Source: Candidatus Omnitrophota bacterium (lineage in GTDB: Bacteria > Omnitrophota > Gorgyraeia > Zapsychrales > Fredricksoniimonadaceae). Taken from it: a stretch of 64,000 bases of DNA. Made by a program: the position numbers and the translations under genes. The DNA lies in NCBI GenBank assembly GCA_903908245.1, contig CAIVRE010000011.1:2411-66410 (forward strand), read 5' to 3'. This document shows positions 48,687 through 57,234 of the stretch, piece by piece. The notes beneath the pieces were generated by a model that saw only the letters and a program-made list of their open reading frames with translations, was not told the DNA's origin and did no database searches. Every line of letters begins with the position of its first letter. Positions within the stretch are counted from its first letter, which is position 1.

Positions 48687-49458
48687 GTGACAATCCTTTC
48701 AAAACTTTGTACACATCTTTTAAAGTTTCATACGGAATGAATTTCTTGCCCTTATTGCGTAGATATTCGGCCAGGCTGTCTTTGGCAAAAACCATGTGCG
48801 CTGAAAGAGAGGCGCAATAATCCGAACGGCCGTCACCGATATAAACCAGCACTTTCTTAAGGCTGTCTTCATTGCACAAGAGTGATGTCTTACAGTTGGC
48901 GCAACGCAGGCATGCCTGGTTTCGATATGGGAATGAGGGAATAAGGCGGTCCCCTTCAATGCGCAGAGAGTTCGCCAGGATATTGATCCCCTGTACGTCA
49001 TGATTTTTCAATATTGTTTCGATCAGCAGATCAAAACTGTCGCTGGCGATCAGCGGGGCCACCCCCGCCTTCTTTAAAAGATTAAAAATGCGATAAAAAT
49101 CAGGGTCGATCGCGATGCCCAGGAGATATTCTCTCAGTTTCTCTTGTGTAACGCGTACCGATCGGAATTGGCCGCGCAGGCATTCTTCCGAACCGATCTC
49201 GCCGGACTGCCAGCGCTGCTCAAGATCCCGCCATTTTTGGTCGACGGCAAAATGTTCGATCAGGTCATCGATCACATCGATCTTTGATATTGTGTGGTCA
49301 AAATCAAAGAAAAAACGGCACTGGGACAGGTTCAGGCGTTGTTCTATGGCGTCCGACATGTCCCATCCGGTGGATGAAGCGCGTAACAGGGAACTTGTCT
49401 TTTCAGAGAGAGACAGATCAAGCATGTGCCGGCTCCAAGTGCGGGACAATGTGTTCAA
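48679..49458 (-). CDS. HAD-superfamily subfamily IB phosphatase (MtnX/PSP-like)
   Basis: FFDFDHT (DxDxT) motif I, GDGRSD motif. Confidence 0.65.
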   Translation of the reverse strand: MNTLSRTWSRHMLDLSLSEKTSSLLRASSTGWDMSDAIEQRLNLSQCRFFFDFDHTISKIDVIDDLIEHFAVDQKWRDLEQRWQSGEIGSEECLRGQFRSVRVTQEKLREYLLGIAIDPDFYRIFNLLKKAGVAPLIASDSFDLLIETILKNHDVQGINILANSLRIEGDRLIPSFPYRNQACLRCANCKTSLLCNEDSLKKVLVYIGDGRSDYCASLSAHMVFAKDSLAEYLRNKGKKFIPYETLKDVYKVLKGLSHE

Positions 49459-50317
49459 AAAATTGCTGCATTTTTTCTAAGACGGTGCCCCGTTCCTGGT
49501 CTGCAGTAATTATATGGTAGGAATTTTCCAGGATCACAAGTTCCTTTTGCCGGGAAGCCACATGGTCATAAATAAATTGGCCGTTCTTTACGCTGGTCAT
49601 GTCGTCATCTTTTGCCTGAATGACCTGGACCGGTGTTGTGATCCGGGGAAGCCTGGTCCTAAGATGCTTCACCAGGAGTTCCATCTGTCGCAGAAGGCTG
49701 ACCGGAAAGTAGGGGTAGCCAAAACGATCAATATCAGAAGTGTCATCGGCATTGATCTTGGTAAAATATTCGTGTGCTTTTTGACGGACGGCCGCATTCT
49801 TTATTCCGTATGGAGGGCTTTCCTGAAAAAAAACGACACGATGGAGCTGAGACCAGTACAGGGCCGGGAGAAAACAGCGGTACCACGGGCAATTCCATCC
49901 GTCATAAAACAGTGTCGGAGACAGGCAACTTACGCCGGAAATCGCCTGCGGGAATTCATCGGCTAACAAAAGCGCCAATAAAGCGCCCATCGAGAGCCCC
50001 CCGACGAAAATAGTGTCGCTGTGCTCCCTGGCTTTGAAATACGCCTGGCGGACGGTTGCGTAAAAATCCTGCCACGGGGTATTTTTTAGTACGTTTAAGG
50101 GACGGTCATGATTGGCCAGCCGCGGGCATGATATTGAGAAACCGCCGCGATTGAGCCGGCTGGCAAGGAAACGCATTTCGTTCGGTGTCCCGGTCAAGCC
50201 ATGAATAAGAATGACCGCCTTGCCGTTGCGGCCACGAATGGAGATATTGCGTCCAACGGGAATAGTGATCGATTCCTTGAGGGCTTTGGAGATCTGGAAA
50301 GAGAATTTAACGGCCAT
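49418..50317 (-). CDS. alpha/beta hydrolase (esterase/lipase-like)
   Basis: HGLTG oxyanion region, GGLSMGA GxSxG nucleophile motif. Confidence 0.7.
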   Translation of the reverse strand: MAVKFSFQISKALKESITIPVGRNISIRGRNGKAVILIHGLTGTPNEMRFLASRLNRGGFSISCPRLANHDRPLNVLKNTPWQDFYATVRQAYFKAREHSDTIFVGGLSMGALLALLLADEFPQAISGVSCLSPTLFYDGWNCPWYRCFLPALYWSQLHRVVFFQESPPYGIKNAAVRQKAHEYFTKINADDTSDIDRFGYPYFPVSLLRQMELLVKHLRTRLPRITTPVQVIQAKDDDMTSVKNGQFIYDHVASRQKELVILENSYHIITADQERGTVLEKMQQFFEHIVPHLEPAHA

Positions 50318-50375
50318 AGGTTGATCGCGAACAGAGATCGACAGATCAGGCTGCTCTTGTTTAAAGATTTATGCG

Positions 50376-50445
50376 TTAAGTATAACTTAATGAACATTAA
50401 GTTAAGATTAAGAATGTCTTTGATTTTCTTAATGTTGGGAATGGC
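50376..50445. repeat. AT-rich element with four direct TTAAG repeats and a perfect 9-bp palindrome AACTTAATG-AA-CATTAAGTT
   Basis: TTAAG at 50376, 50397, 50402, 50408; inverted copies at 50386 and ~50438; palindrome 50384-50403; between histidine-kinase stop and hydrolase start. Confidence 0.5.
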
Positions 50446-50465
50446 GATCTGTGCGCGAATGGACT

Positions 50466-51902
50466 TCAGGTCTGGTGGATCGGGATAGAAATAATGAATG
50501 TTGTGCCTTGGGCAGGTTCACTTTCGACCCGGATGGTCCCTTTGTGCGCGGTCACGATCCCTTTGGCAATACTTAGGCCAAGGCCGAATCCCGGGCTGCT
50601 TCGTGATTTCTCAGCGCGGAAGAATCTGTCAAAGACCCGTGGCAGATCTTCTTTGGCGATGCCTATTCCTGTGTCATTGACCGTGATCTCACCCAAAGGA
50701 CCCTTTTGACTGACCCTGATGGAGATATGGCCATCCTGAGGAGTGTATTTCACAGCATTATCGATAATATTGCAAAGCACCCGCCTAAGCTGGCCTTTAT
50801 CTGCGTCTATCACCACCTCATTACTTGATAACAGGGCTAATGTTATCCCTTTCTGCTCGGCCTGAGGCTGGGCATCACTGATAACCTGCCGCATTATGTC
50901 TGTCAGGTCTTCTTTCTGGAATTTTAGATTGATCTCAGCGCTGTCGAGCTGTGCCAGGGTCAGCAGGTTCTCGACCAGTGCGTTCATTTTATCGATCTCT
51001 TCGAGGTTGACAGACAGGATATCCTGGTATTCCTCCTGGGTCCGTTGTTTGTTCAGGGCGATCTCCTGTTTCCCTTTTAGGACGGTCAGCGGAGTCCTTA
51101 ATTCGTGTGAAACATCCTGGATGAGTTGTTGCTGAAGAGAAAAAGCATTGTCAAGACGGGTAAGCATGTCATTGAAGGTTTCGGCAAGCCTTCGGGTCTC
51201 ATCATTGACAGCGGGGATATTGATCCGTTGTTTTAAATTCCGGGAGGTGATCTGGCGCATGGTCCTGGTCATATTATCGACCGGTTTCAGTGTTGCCCTG
51301 GTCAGGAAGAATCCCATTATCGTAACCAGGATCATGGCTAAAGGCAGGAAGAATACCAGGACGGTCTTGATCCGGCCCAGTTTGACACATAGCGGCCTTA
51401 AAGACGCCGTGACCTGAATGAAATGGGAATTGCCGTCTTCTTTGACACGCAGGACGAGCGTTCTAAAAGGCCAAATTTCATTCTTGGACGAAGGAAATCC
51501 GGGAGTGTCAAAGAATGTTTCCCCGGGGACCGAGGCTTTCATCAGTGACATTGGGAAGAACATATTACTGGACCGGACCACTTCTTTGCCATCCTGGCGG
51601 AAGACCTGGATGAACAGCCCGTCTCCCCTGCTCCATTCCACGGCATTATGAAGAGTGCTTGTAAATTCCACGTTGGAGAAATCAACAGTCGTTTCATTCT
51701 TTTTGTTACGTATTGCGTCTTTAAGCTCTTCATCAATGACCTGCGCGATGTCCTGGGCTCTGGATTCCAGTAAATGATCGAAATCTTTGTTTAAAACGCG
51801 GCTGAAATTAACATACAGGAATATGCTCAAAATACCGGCGATGACCCCCAGGGCAAGGACATACCAGAATGTCATCCTGAAATATATCGAATTGATCAGC
51901 AT
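50466..51902 (-). CDS. sensor histidine kinase (HAMP-HisKA-HATPase)
   Basis: H-box SHELRTPL, G-box GFGLGLSIAKG; two TM segments. Confidence 0.85.
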   Translation of the reverse strand: MLINSIYFRMTFWYVLALGVIAGILSIFLYVNFSRVLNKDFDHLLESRAQDIAQVIDEELKDAIRNKKNETTVDFSNVEFTSTLHNAVEWSRGDGLFIQVFRQDGKEVVRSSNMFFPMSLMKASVPGETFFDTPGFPSSKNEIWPFRTLVLRVKEDGNSHFIQVTASLRPLCVKLGRIKTVLVFFLPLAMILVTIMGFFLTRATLKPVDNMTRTMRQITSRNLKQRINIPAVNDETRRLAETFNDMLTRLDNAFSLQQQLIQDVSHELRTPLTVLKGKQEIALNKQRTQEEYQDILSVNLEEIDKMNALVENLLTLAQLDSAEINLKFQKEDLTDIMRQVISDAQPQAEQKGITLALLSSNEVVIDADKGQLRRVLCNIIDNAVKYTPQDGHISIRVSQKGPLGEITVNDTGIGIAKEDLPRVFDRFFRAEKSRSSPGFGLGLSIAKGIVTAHKGTIRVESEPAQGTTFIISIPIHQT

Positions 51903-51903
51903 G

Positions 51904-52572
51904 TCATGTCCTTATCATGTATCCGCGGCCTCTGATGGTCTCGATGAGCTGTTTCTTGCGGCCGGAATCGATCTTTTTACGCAAAGCGTTGATATGGACA
52001 TCAATGACATTGGTGGTTGTATCAAAATTGACATCCCACACATGTTCCGAGATCGCTGTCCTCGTGACCACTTCGTTCGCGTGTTGTAGCAGGAATTCAA
52101 GAAGAAAGAATTCTTTTGTCGTCAGAATGATCTCTTCCCCTCCTCTTATGGTTTTGTGTGCGGCTACATCTATCATGAGATCGTCGGCCTGCAGAATGAG
52201 CGCTGTTTCGACACGGCTTTGTCTTAACAGGGCACGGATCCTGGCCAGCAGCTCTTTAAAGGCAAAAGGTTTTGTCAGGTAATCGTTGGCTCCGGCATCC
52301 AGCCCGGCGACTTTATTGTCCACGCTGTGTTTTGCGGTCAGCATAATGATCGGGATACTGATCTTGTCCCGCCGAAGGTTCTTGCAAAGGGTAAGGCCGT
52401 CGATCTTCGGGATCATCAGGTCCAGGATAATGACGTCATAAGATTCCGTGCCGGCCAGAAAATATCCTTTTTCGCCGTCATAAGCCACATCGACGGCATA
52501 GCCTTCTTCTTTTAAACCCTGCCGGATAAAGTCGGCAATATGTTTCTCATCTTCAATGACAAGTATCCGCAT
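51904..52572 (-). CDS. OmpR-family response regulator
   Basis: Receiver domain (DLMIP...) + winged-helix C-terminus. Confidence 0.85.
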   Translation of the reverse strand: MRILVIEDEKHIADFIRQGLKEEGYAVDVAYDGEKGYFLAGTESYDVIILDLMIPKIDGLTLCKNLRRDKISIPIIMLTAKHSVDNKVAGLDAGANDYLTKPFAFKELLARIRALLRQSRVETALILQADDLMIDVAAHKTIRGGEEIILTTKEFFLLEFLLQHANEVVTRTAISEHVWDVNFDTTTNVIDVHINALRKKIDSGRKKQLIETIRGRGYMIRT

Positions 52573-53290
52573 CCTGGCTCCAGTCCATATTATGTTTCTC
52601 CGGCAGTATCCGGACCCCTTCCACCCAGCATTCTCTTGAGGCTTTGGAAGGGGTTTTGGCGATCCTGGCCTTCAGTTTTTGAAGAGCCGCCTGTTGACCT
52701 TCGCACAGCGGGTTAAAAAGCGGTACTGCACTCATGTCGTTAACCAGGATCGTGGCCGGCGACGTAATATCCCCGGCCTTCTTCAAGGCCCGCCCCATCA
52801 GTGAGTAGAGGCTCCCCGGTTCATCGGCCAGGATCTCGGCAGAGGCAGTAAGACTTATTTTACCCCAGGCCTCCTCCACCAGTTTGCGCAGGATACCATA
52901 TACCGAGGAATAACGGATCATTATTTCTTCACCCGGGCGTAATCTGAGGGAGGAATTCACCAGGACCTGGGCAAGTTCATTGAAATTGAAACTGCGCAAT
53001 TCCTTGAGGGCATTGAATGCCAGCAGTTCAAAGGAATAGATCCCCCTGGCACGGCCAGCCGCGTCTTTGACCGCCCGATTTAAAAGGTCTTTGGCCCCTT
53101 CCCACATCAATGCTTCATCCCGGCGGATAATGTTGGCGACAAGAATGACGTGGTCTGTCCCATGTGTAACCGCTTTATATTTTTGGAAATGCGGCAGAAG
53201 GATACCCTGATAAAGAAGCGTTTCGTTCTTCGGCAGTCCCGAAAAGAGGCAGCAGGAAGAGAACTCTGTTGTCATCAGGTCGATCGGCAT
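52553..53290 (-). CDS. hypothetical protein
   Basis: 245-aa ORF with no recognisable motifs; overlaps response regulator gene by 20 nt. Confidence 0.4.
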   Translation of the reverse strand: MPIDLMTTEFSSCCLFSGLPKNETLLYQGILLPHFQKYKAVTHGTDHVILVANIIRRDEALMWEGAKDLLNRAVKDAAGRARGIYSFELLAFNALKELRSFNFNELAQVLVNSSLRLRPGEEIMIRYSSVYGILRKLVEEAWGKISLTASAEILADEPGSLYSLMGRALKKAGDITSPATILVNDMSAVPLFNPLCEGQQAALQKLKARIAKTPSKASRECWVEGVRILPEKHNMDWSQDADTCH

Positions 53291-53291
53291 A

Positions 53292-54257
53292 TTATCTCAA
53301 CGATTTGAATAATCTTATCGAGGCGTGAAGATACTTGTTCTGGAGGACCTCATGGGTCCACTTCATCCTGACGAACTCGTTGGCCTGGACCCTGGCGTCG
53401 CCCCAGCCTTGCCCTTTGAACATCGGGATGGCTTCCCAGTCAAAATTGATATAGGAAACGATCTGGACCTTCTCATCGGTGATGAATTGAAAGAATGGGG
53501 CGAACCAATGATCCCAGGAGGCTTCGCCATAACCTGTTCCGATGCCTTTAGGGGTTGATTCCGCGATCATGAACCCTTTATGATGTTCGCGCGCGAGCGC
53601 CGCAAATCCTTTCATGTAACTGTTCGGCTTTCCGAAGACGGAGACGGCGAACCAGTCCACATAATCATCCCCCGGGTACCAGTCTTCCCAGGGATGTTGC
53701 GGGAGGTTGGCATAGGAATGCCAGACAAAAGCCGCATTGGTGACCGCGGATTTCCTGAACCGGTCGACGATATAACGGAAGGCCTGGCGGTAGGCTTCGG
53801 GGGCATACCTGTTCTCCGGAAGGTCGAATTCATAACCGATACGCAGGAATACCGGCCTTTTTGCTTTTTTGATCCATGCACCGAGCCTGTCGATATTCCC
53901 GTCGTATTTGCCCTGGATGATCCCGTCAAGGCCGTCGACCATCCAGAGGCCGATCTGAAGGACGCTGTTCGGGTACTGATCGAGCAGATACTGCCCATGA
54001 TGGATCCCGCCGCCATTATTCACGGCTGTTTCCAGCCCTTCGGTATCCTGGATCGAGGTATACAGCATTGTCCCTCCGGGGACAGCTTTGATGGCGGCAA
54101 CATAATCATCGATCGAGGCTTTATCCTGTCCGATAATAAGAAGGACCTGCCCTTCCGGCGGAGCGAAGGGCACCTTGCGGGTTTCCGCTGCGCAATCGCT
54201 TGTGCCTGTGAAAGACAGTATCCCGATCAGGGAGAATAATATCGGGATCAGTTTCAT
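53292..54257 (-). CDS. secreted GH26-like glycoside hydrolase (mannanase family-like)
   Basis: Start at MKLIPILFSL (signal peptide); RIGYEFD and MIAEST motifs resemble GH26 catalytic acid/nucleophile regions. Confidence 0.5.
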   Translation of the reverse strand: MKLIPILFSLIGILSFTGTSDCAAETRKVPFAPPEGQVLLIIGQDKASIDDYVAAIKAVPGGTMLYTSIQDTEGLETAVNNGGGIHHGQYLLDQYPNSVLQIGLWMVDGLDGIIQGKYDGNIDRLGAWIKKAKRPVFLRIGYEFDLPENRYAPEAYRQAFRYIVDRFRKSAVTNAAFVWHSYANLPQHPWEDWYPGDDYVDWFAVSVFGKPNSYMKGFAALAREHHKGFMIAESTPKGIGTGYGEASWDHWFAPFFQFITDEKVQIVSYINFDWEAIPMFKGQGWGDARVQANEFVRMKWTHEVLQNKYLHASIRLFKSLR

Positions 54258-54490
54258 GTGCTTTTGATCCCGGGATTTAAAGAGTGGATATACAGGGCTT
54301 CGACCTTCTTTCTGGCCCACGGCGTCTGGCGCAGGAATGCCAGGCTGGACTTCATACTGGGGCCTTTGGCAAAGCAATTGATCCTGATCCGCCGGGACAT
54401 ATTCTCCCAGCCGTATTTTTCGACGAGAGATGTCAGGATCGCTTCGAGAGTTATTCCATGCAATGGGTCTTTATGTTTTATGTCGGGCAT
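54254..54490 (-). CDS. VF530/DUF2132-family small protein
   Basis: 78 aa with DPLHGITLE...YGWE...KSSL.FLR.TPWAR.KVE.LY pattern; stop overlaps downstream ATG (ATGA). Confidence 0.55.
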   Translation of the reverse strand: MPDIKHKDPLHGITLEAILTSLVEKYGWENMSRRIRINCFAKGPSMKSSLAFLRQTPWARKKVEALYIHSLNPGIKST

Positions 54491-54509
54491 ACAGGTTCCG
54501 GGAGCGGGG

Positions 54510-56411
54510 TTATAGACCCGTAATTTCCTTATCTTTAAGTTGCAGTTTGAGTGTTTCGAGTTCGTTCTTCAGGCTGATGATCCGTTCTTCACGGTTCACG
54601 CTGGCTTTGAAAAAGACATCGAGTTCGTGCAGCTGTTGTTCTTTTTCTGTTTCCGTATTCTTCCGTTCGGTGATGTTCACCAGCGAAAAGAGTATATGCC
54701 GTTCATTCTTGAATTCGATCGGGCTGGCATTGATCTCCAGCCAGGCAAGTTTCTTTTCTCCGCCCGGTGAAGATATTATTAAGGGGATCTCTTCTCCCCG
54801 TATGTTCTGGCCGGTCTTAAGGACCCTGTCGGCGGTTTTGCCAAGCGTGTTCTTCGATTCATTATCCGCGCTGGAGAAAAATTTCTGTCCGCACATGTTA
54901 AGGACGACCTGGTTCAGGCGTTTGACCTCGCAGTTGCTGTCTACCAGCAAAAGGCCGACCTGTGTTGAATCAAAGATCGCTTCCAGGTTTTTTTGTTCCT
55001 CTTCCAGTTGGGCCATAAGCTTCTTGAGCTTGAGTTCCCCGGCCTGCGCGTCCTGGCTGACCTCGCGTTCACGTCTGTAGGAGAAAAAAGATCCGATAAA
55101 AAGAACGGTGAACAGGAGCGTGGTCAATATAGGGGAAAGGCGATGACGCTGGATCATTAAAGCCCATTCATTGGCGTCATAATCCATTCCGATGACCGCG
55201 ATGATCTTTCCGTTTGTCGGATCGTGGATCGCGGCCAGGCTGGAAATGAACGTTCCCCATTTGCCTGTCTCCGGGCCGACCGTGACAGCCCCACCGGAGC
55301 GGAATATTTGCCCAAGGAGCTTGGCATCTTCCCGGTACTTCTCTCCCGGGATAGCGAAGGGCTCGGAAGATGTTTTCTTTCCTGGTGGTGCCACGTCGAT
55401 CAGAAAGACATTCTTTCCGTTCTCGAGACCGAAGAGATAGACGGAAAGCACTCCCGGCTGGGTTTTAAGGATGTTGTGGAACTGTTGTTGAATGAACTTA
55501 TAATTATTATTTTCAAGATCATCCGGAGTCCCGGAAAGCGCCTTGATACGCGCAGGATCAACCATTGCGGCCGCGACCGTGACACGGTTAAGCAGGGCCT
55601 GACGTTCTTTCGTTTCTGTGTTCTGGTGGATATACTCAACAAGGATCCATCCAACCAGCAAAACAGCGATGAGACCTATCGTGAGCCATGGTTTCTTTTG
55701 GGCCTTATTTTTTACATTTGTCCCTGTTAATAGGGCAAGCCTCTCTTCGGTATATTCTCTCCAGGCCATGGCCGCCAATATGCCGGCGAGAGCCATCCGC
55801 GGGAGCTGGAGGGGGAATCCCATTACAGCGATGAACGTGTTCGTATTGATCAGTGAGGCGGGCAGAAAAGCTCCCCCTGTTGGGGCAATGAATTGCGTTG
55901 TTGCGTAACACCCCAGTAGCCAGGCGAAGGGTGTCAGGGAATGGCTTTTAGGGCTTGATTGGGCCATTGATGTCATGATGGCCCTGGCTGCCAGGAGTCC
56001 GCCGATAAAGCCGAGGATATAGCGTGAAAGAATATCAATGCCTGTCAGTCCATCCATCATCCATCCGAAGCCAAGTATAATAAACAAAAGAGGTGCATAT
56101 ATCCATTTCCCGAATATCTTTCCCCAGCGCTTTTGCGCTTCTTCCCGGGCGATCTCGATGAAACACAGGAAAGACAAGACCAGAAAAGTAACCTTGAGGG
56201 GTATCAACGGGATGTTGTCTTCAAGGCTCAGGGCGCACATGTCCAGCCATTCCGTGACCCCGTGCAGGAGTCCGAACAGGGCGATCCATTTCCAGAAGGT
56301 CTGGAAGGGGCGCAAGCGATAAATAAAGTGCGATGTTATGGCCAAAAGGAGGAATGCCAGGCCGTAAACAAAGAAAATATAATCTGTTTGAGCAGTAAAG
56401 AATTCACGCAT
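54510..56411 (-). CDS. membrane sensor protein (multi-TM + Cache/PAS-like + coiled coil) lacking kinase or other output domain
   Basis: ~8 N-terminal TM helices, second membrane segment, PAS-like region (FDSTQVGLLLVD...), C-terminal heptad coiled coil; no H-box or ATPase motifs. Confidence 0.6.
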   Translation of the reverse strand: MREFFTAQTDYIFFVYGLAFLLLAITSHFIYRLRPFQTFWKWIALFGLLHGVTEWLDMCALSLEDNIPLIPLKVTFLVLSFLCFIEIAREEAQKRWGKIFGKWIYAPLLFIILGFGWMMDGLTGIDILSRYILGFIGGLLAARAIMTSMAQSSPKSHSLTPFAWLLGCYATTQFIAPTGGAFLPASLINTNTFIAVMGFPLQLPRMALAGILAAMAWREYTEERLALLTGTNVKNKAQKKPWLTIGLIAVLLVGWILVEYIHQNTETKERQALLNRVTVAAAMVDPARIKALSGTPDDLENNNYKFIQQQFHNILKTQPGVLSVYLFGLENGKNVFLIDVAPPGKKTSSEPFAIPGEKYREDAKLLGQIFRSGGAVTVGPETGKWGTFISSLAAIHDPTNGKIIAVIGMDYDANEWALMIQRHRLSPILTTLLFTVLFIGSFFSYRREREVSQDAQAGELKLKKLMAQLEEEQKNLEAIFDSTQVGLLLVDSNCEVKRLNQVVLNMCGQKFFSSADNESKNTLGKTADRVLKTGQNIRGEEIPLIISSPGGEKKLAWLEINASPIEFKNERHILFSLVNITERKNTETEKEQQLHELDVFFKASVNREERIISLKNELETLKLQLKDKEITGL

Positions 56412-56437
56412 ATATTTTTTCCTAAAGACGCATTAGG

Positions 56438-56809
56438 TCAAGAATCCAGGATCTGCCGGACTATTTTCATTAGCTTCCGGATATCTCCGGCTTTTGAAAT
56501 ATAAGTGCGGTTAGGGAACTTGCTGCTTTGTTTCATGGCTTCCTCTTCGGAAATGGCGCCGGTCAGGAAGATCACCGGGATATAGCTTGTTTTTTCATTC
56601 TCCAGCAGATTGGCCGCGATATCCCCCCCGTCCATTCCGGGCATCATGACGTCCAGAATGATCAGGTCGGGAGCAGACTTCTTTGCCAGGTCGATGGCAT
56701 TGATCCCGTTGGTCGCTGTCAGGACCTCGAAACCTTCCCGGGAAAGGAATTTGGACATCATATCGAGGATGTTCTTTTCATTGTCAACTACGAGCACTTT
56801 TTTTGCCAT
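56438..56809 (-). CDS. single-domain response regulator receiver (CheY-like)
   Basis: D-D-K receiver pattern (LVVDNE..., ILDVMMPGMDG, ...FLTG). Confidence 0.8.
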   Translation of the reverse strand: MAKKVLVVDNEKNILDMMSKFLSREGFEVLTATNGINAIDLAKKSAPDLIILDVMMPGMDGGDIAANLLENEKTSYIPVIFLTGAISEEEAMKQSSKFPNRTYISKAGDIRKLMKIVRQILDS

Positions 56810-56856
56810 TTAGAAAACCCCCTCTTATTCTATGATCCTTGTTGTTGATAAATAAA

Positions 56857-57234
56857 TTACAGGCTCATCCCCAGTTTATTTTTGACCATGGCCAGGAGGA
56901 TGAACAGGTCGACCGGTTTATATACCACATCTTCCAGCTGTATCCCCAGTGTTTCCGGGTTGACATTGGTCTTGTTCCAGGCGGTGTTCCCTGTCAAGAG
57001 GAGGACCGGGCTTGTATTTTTCAGGCTTTTTTTCTCCTTGAGAACATCTGCTCCGGTCACTTTAGGCATTGTCATGTCCAGGATCATCAGGTCGATCAGT
57101 ATGCCGGATTTAAGCAGGCGTACCGCCTCTTCCCCGCCGGAGGCCAGGGTGACCTCGAACCCCGTTCGGGTGAAGAAGGAGGCCAGGAGCCCGCGGATCT
57201 GTTCTTCGTCATCGACCACCAGGATCCTAGCCAT
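56857..57234 (-). CDS. single-domain response regulator receiver (CheY-like)
   Basis: Receiver motifs (LVVDDEE, ILDMTMPKVTG, LLLTG). Confidence 0.8.
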   Translation of the reverse strand: MARILVVDDEEQIRGLLASFFTRTGFEVTLASGGEEAVRLLKSGILIDLMILDMTMPKVTGADVLKEKKSLKNTSPVLLLTGNTAWNKTNVNPETLGIQLEDVVYKPVDLFILLAMVKNKLGMSL

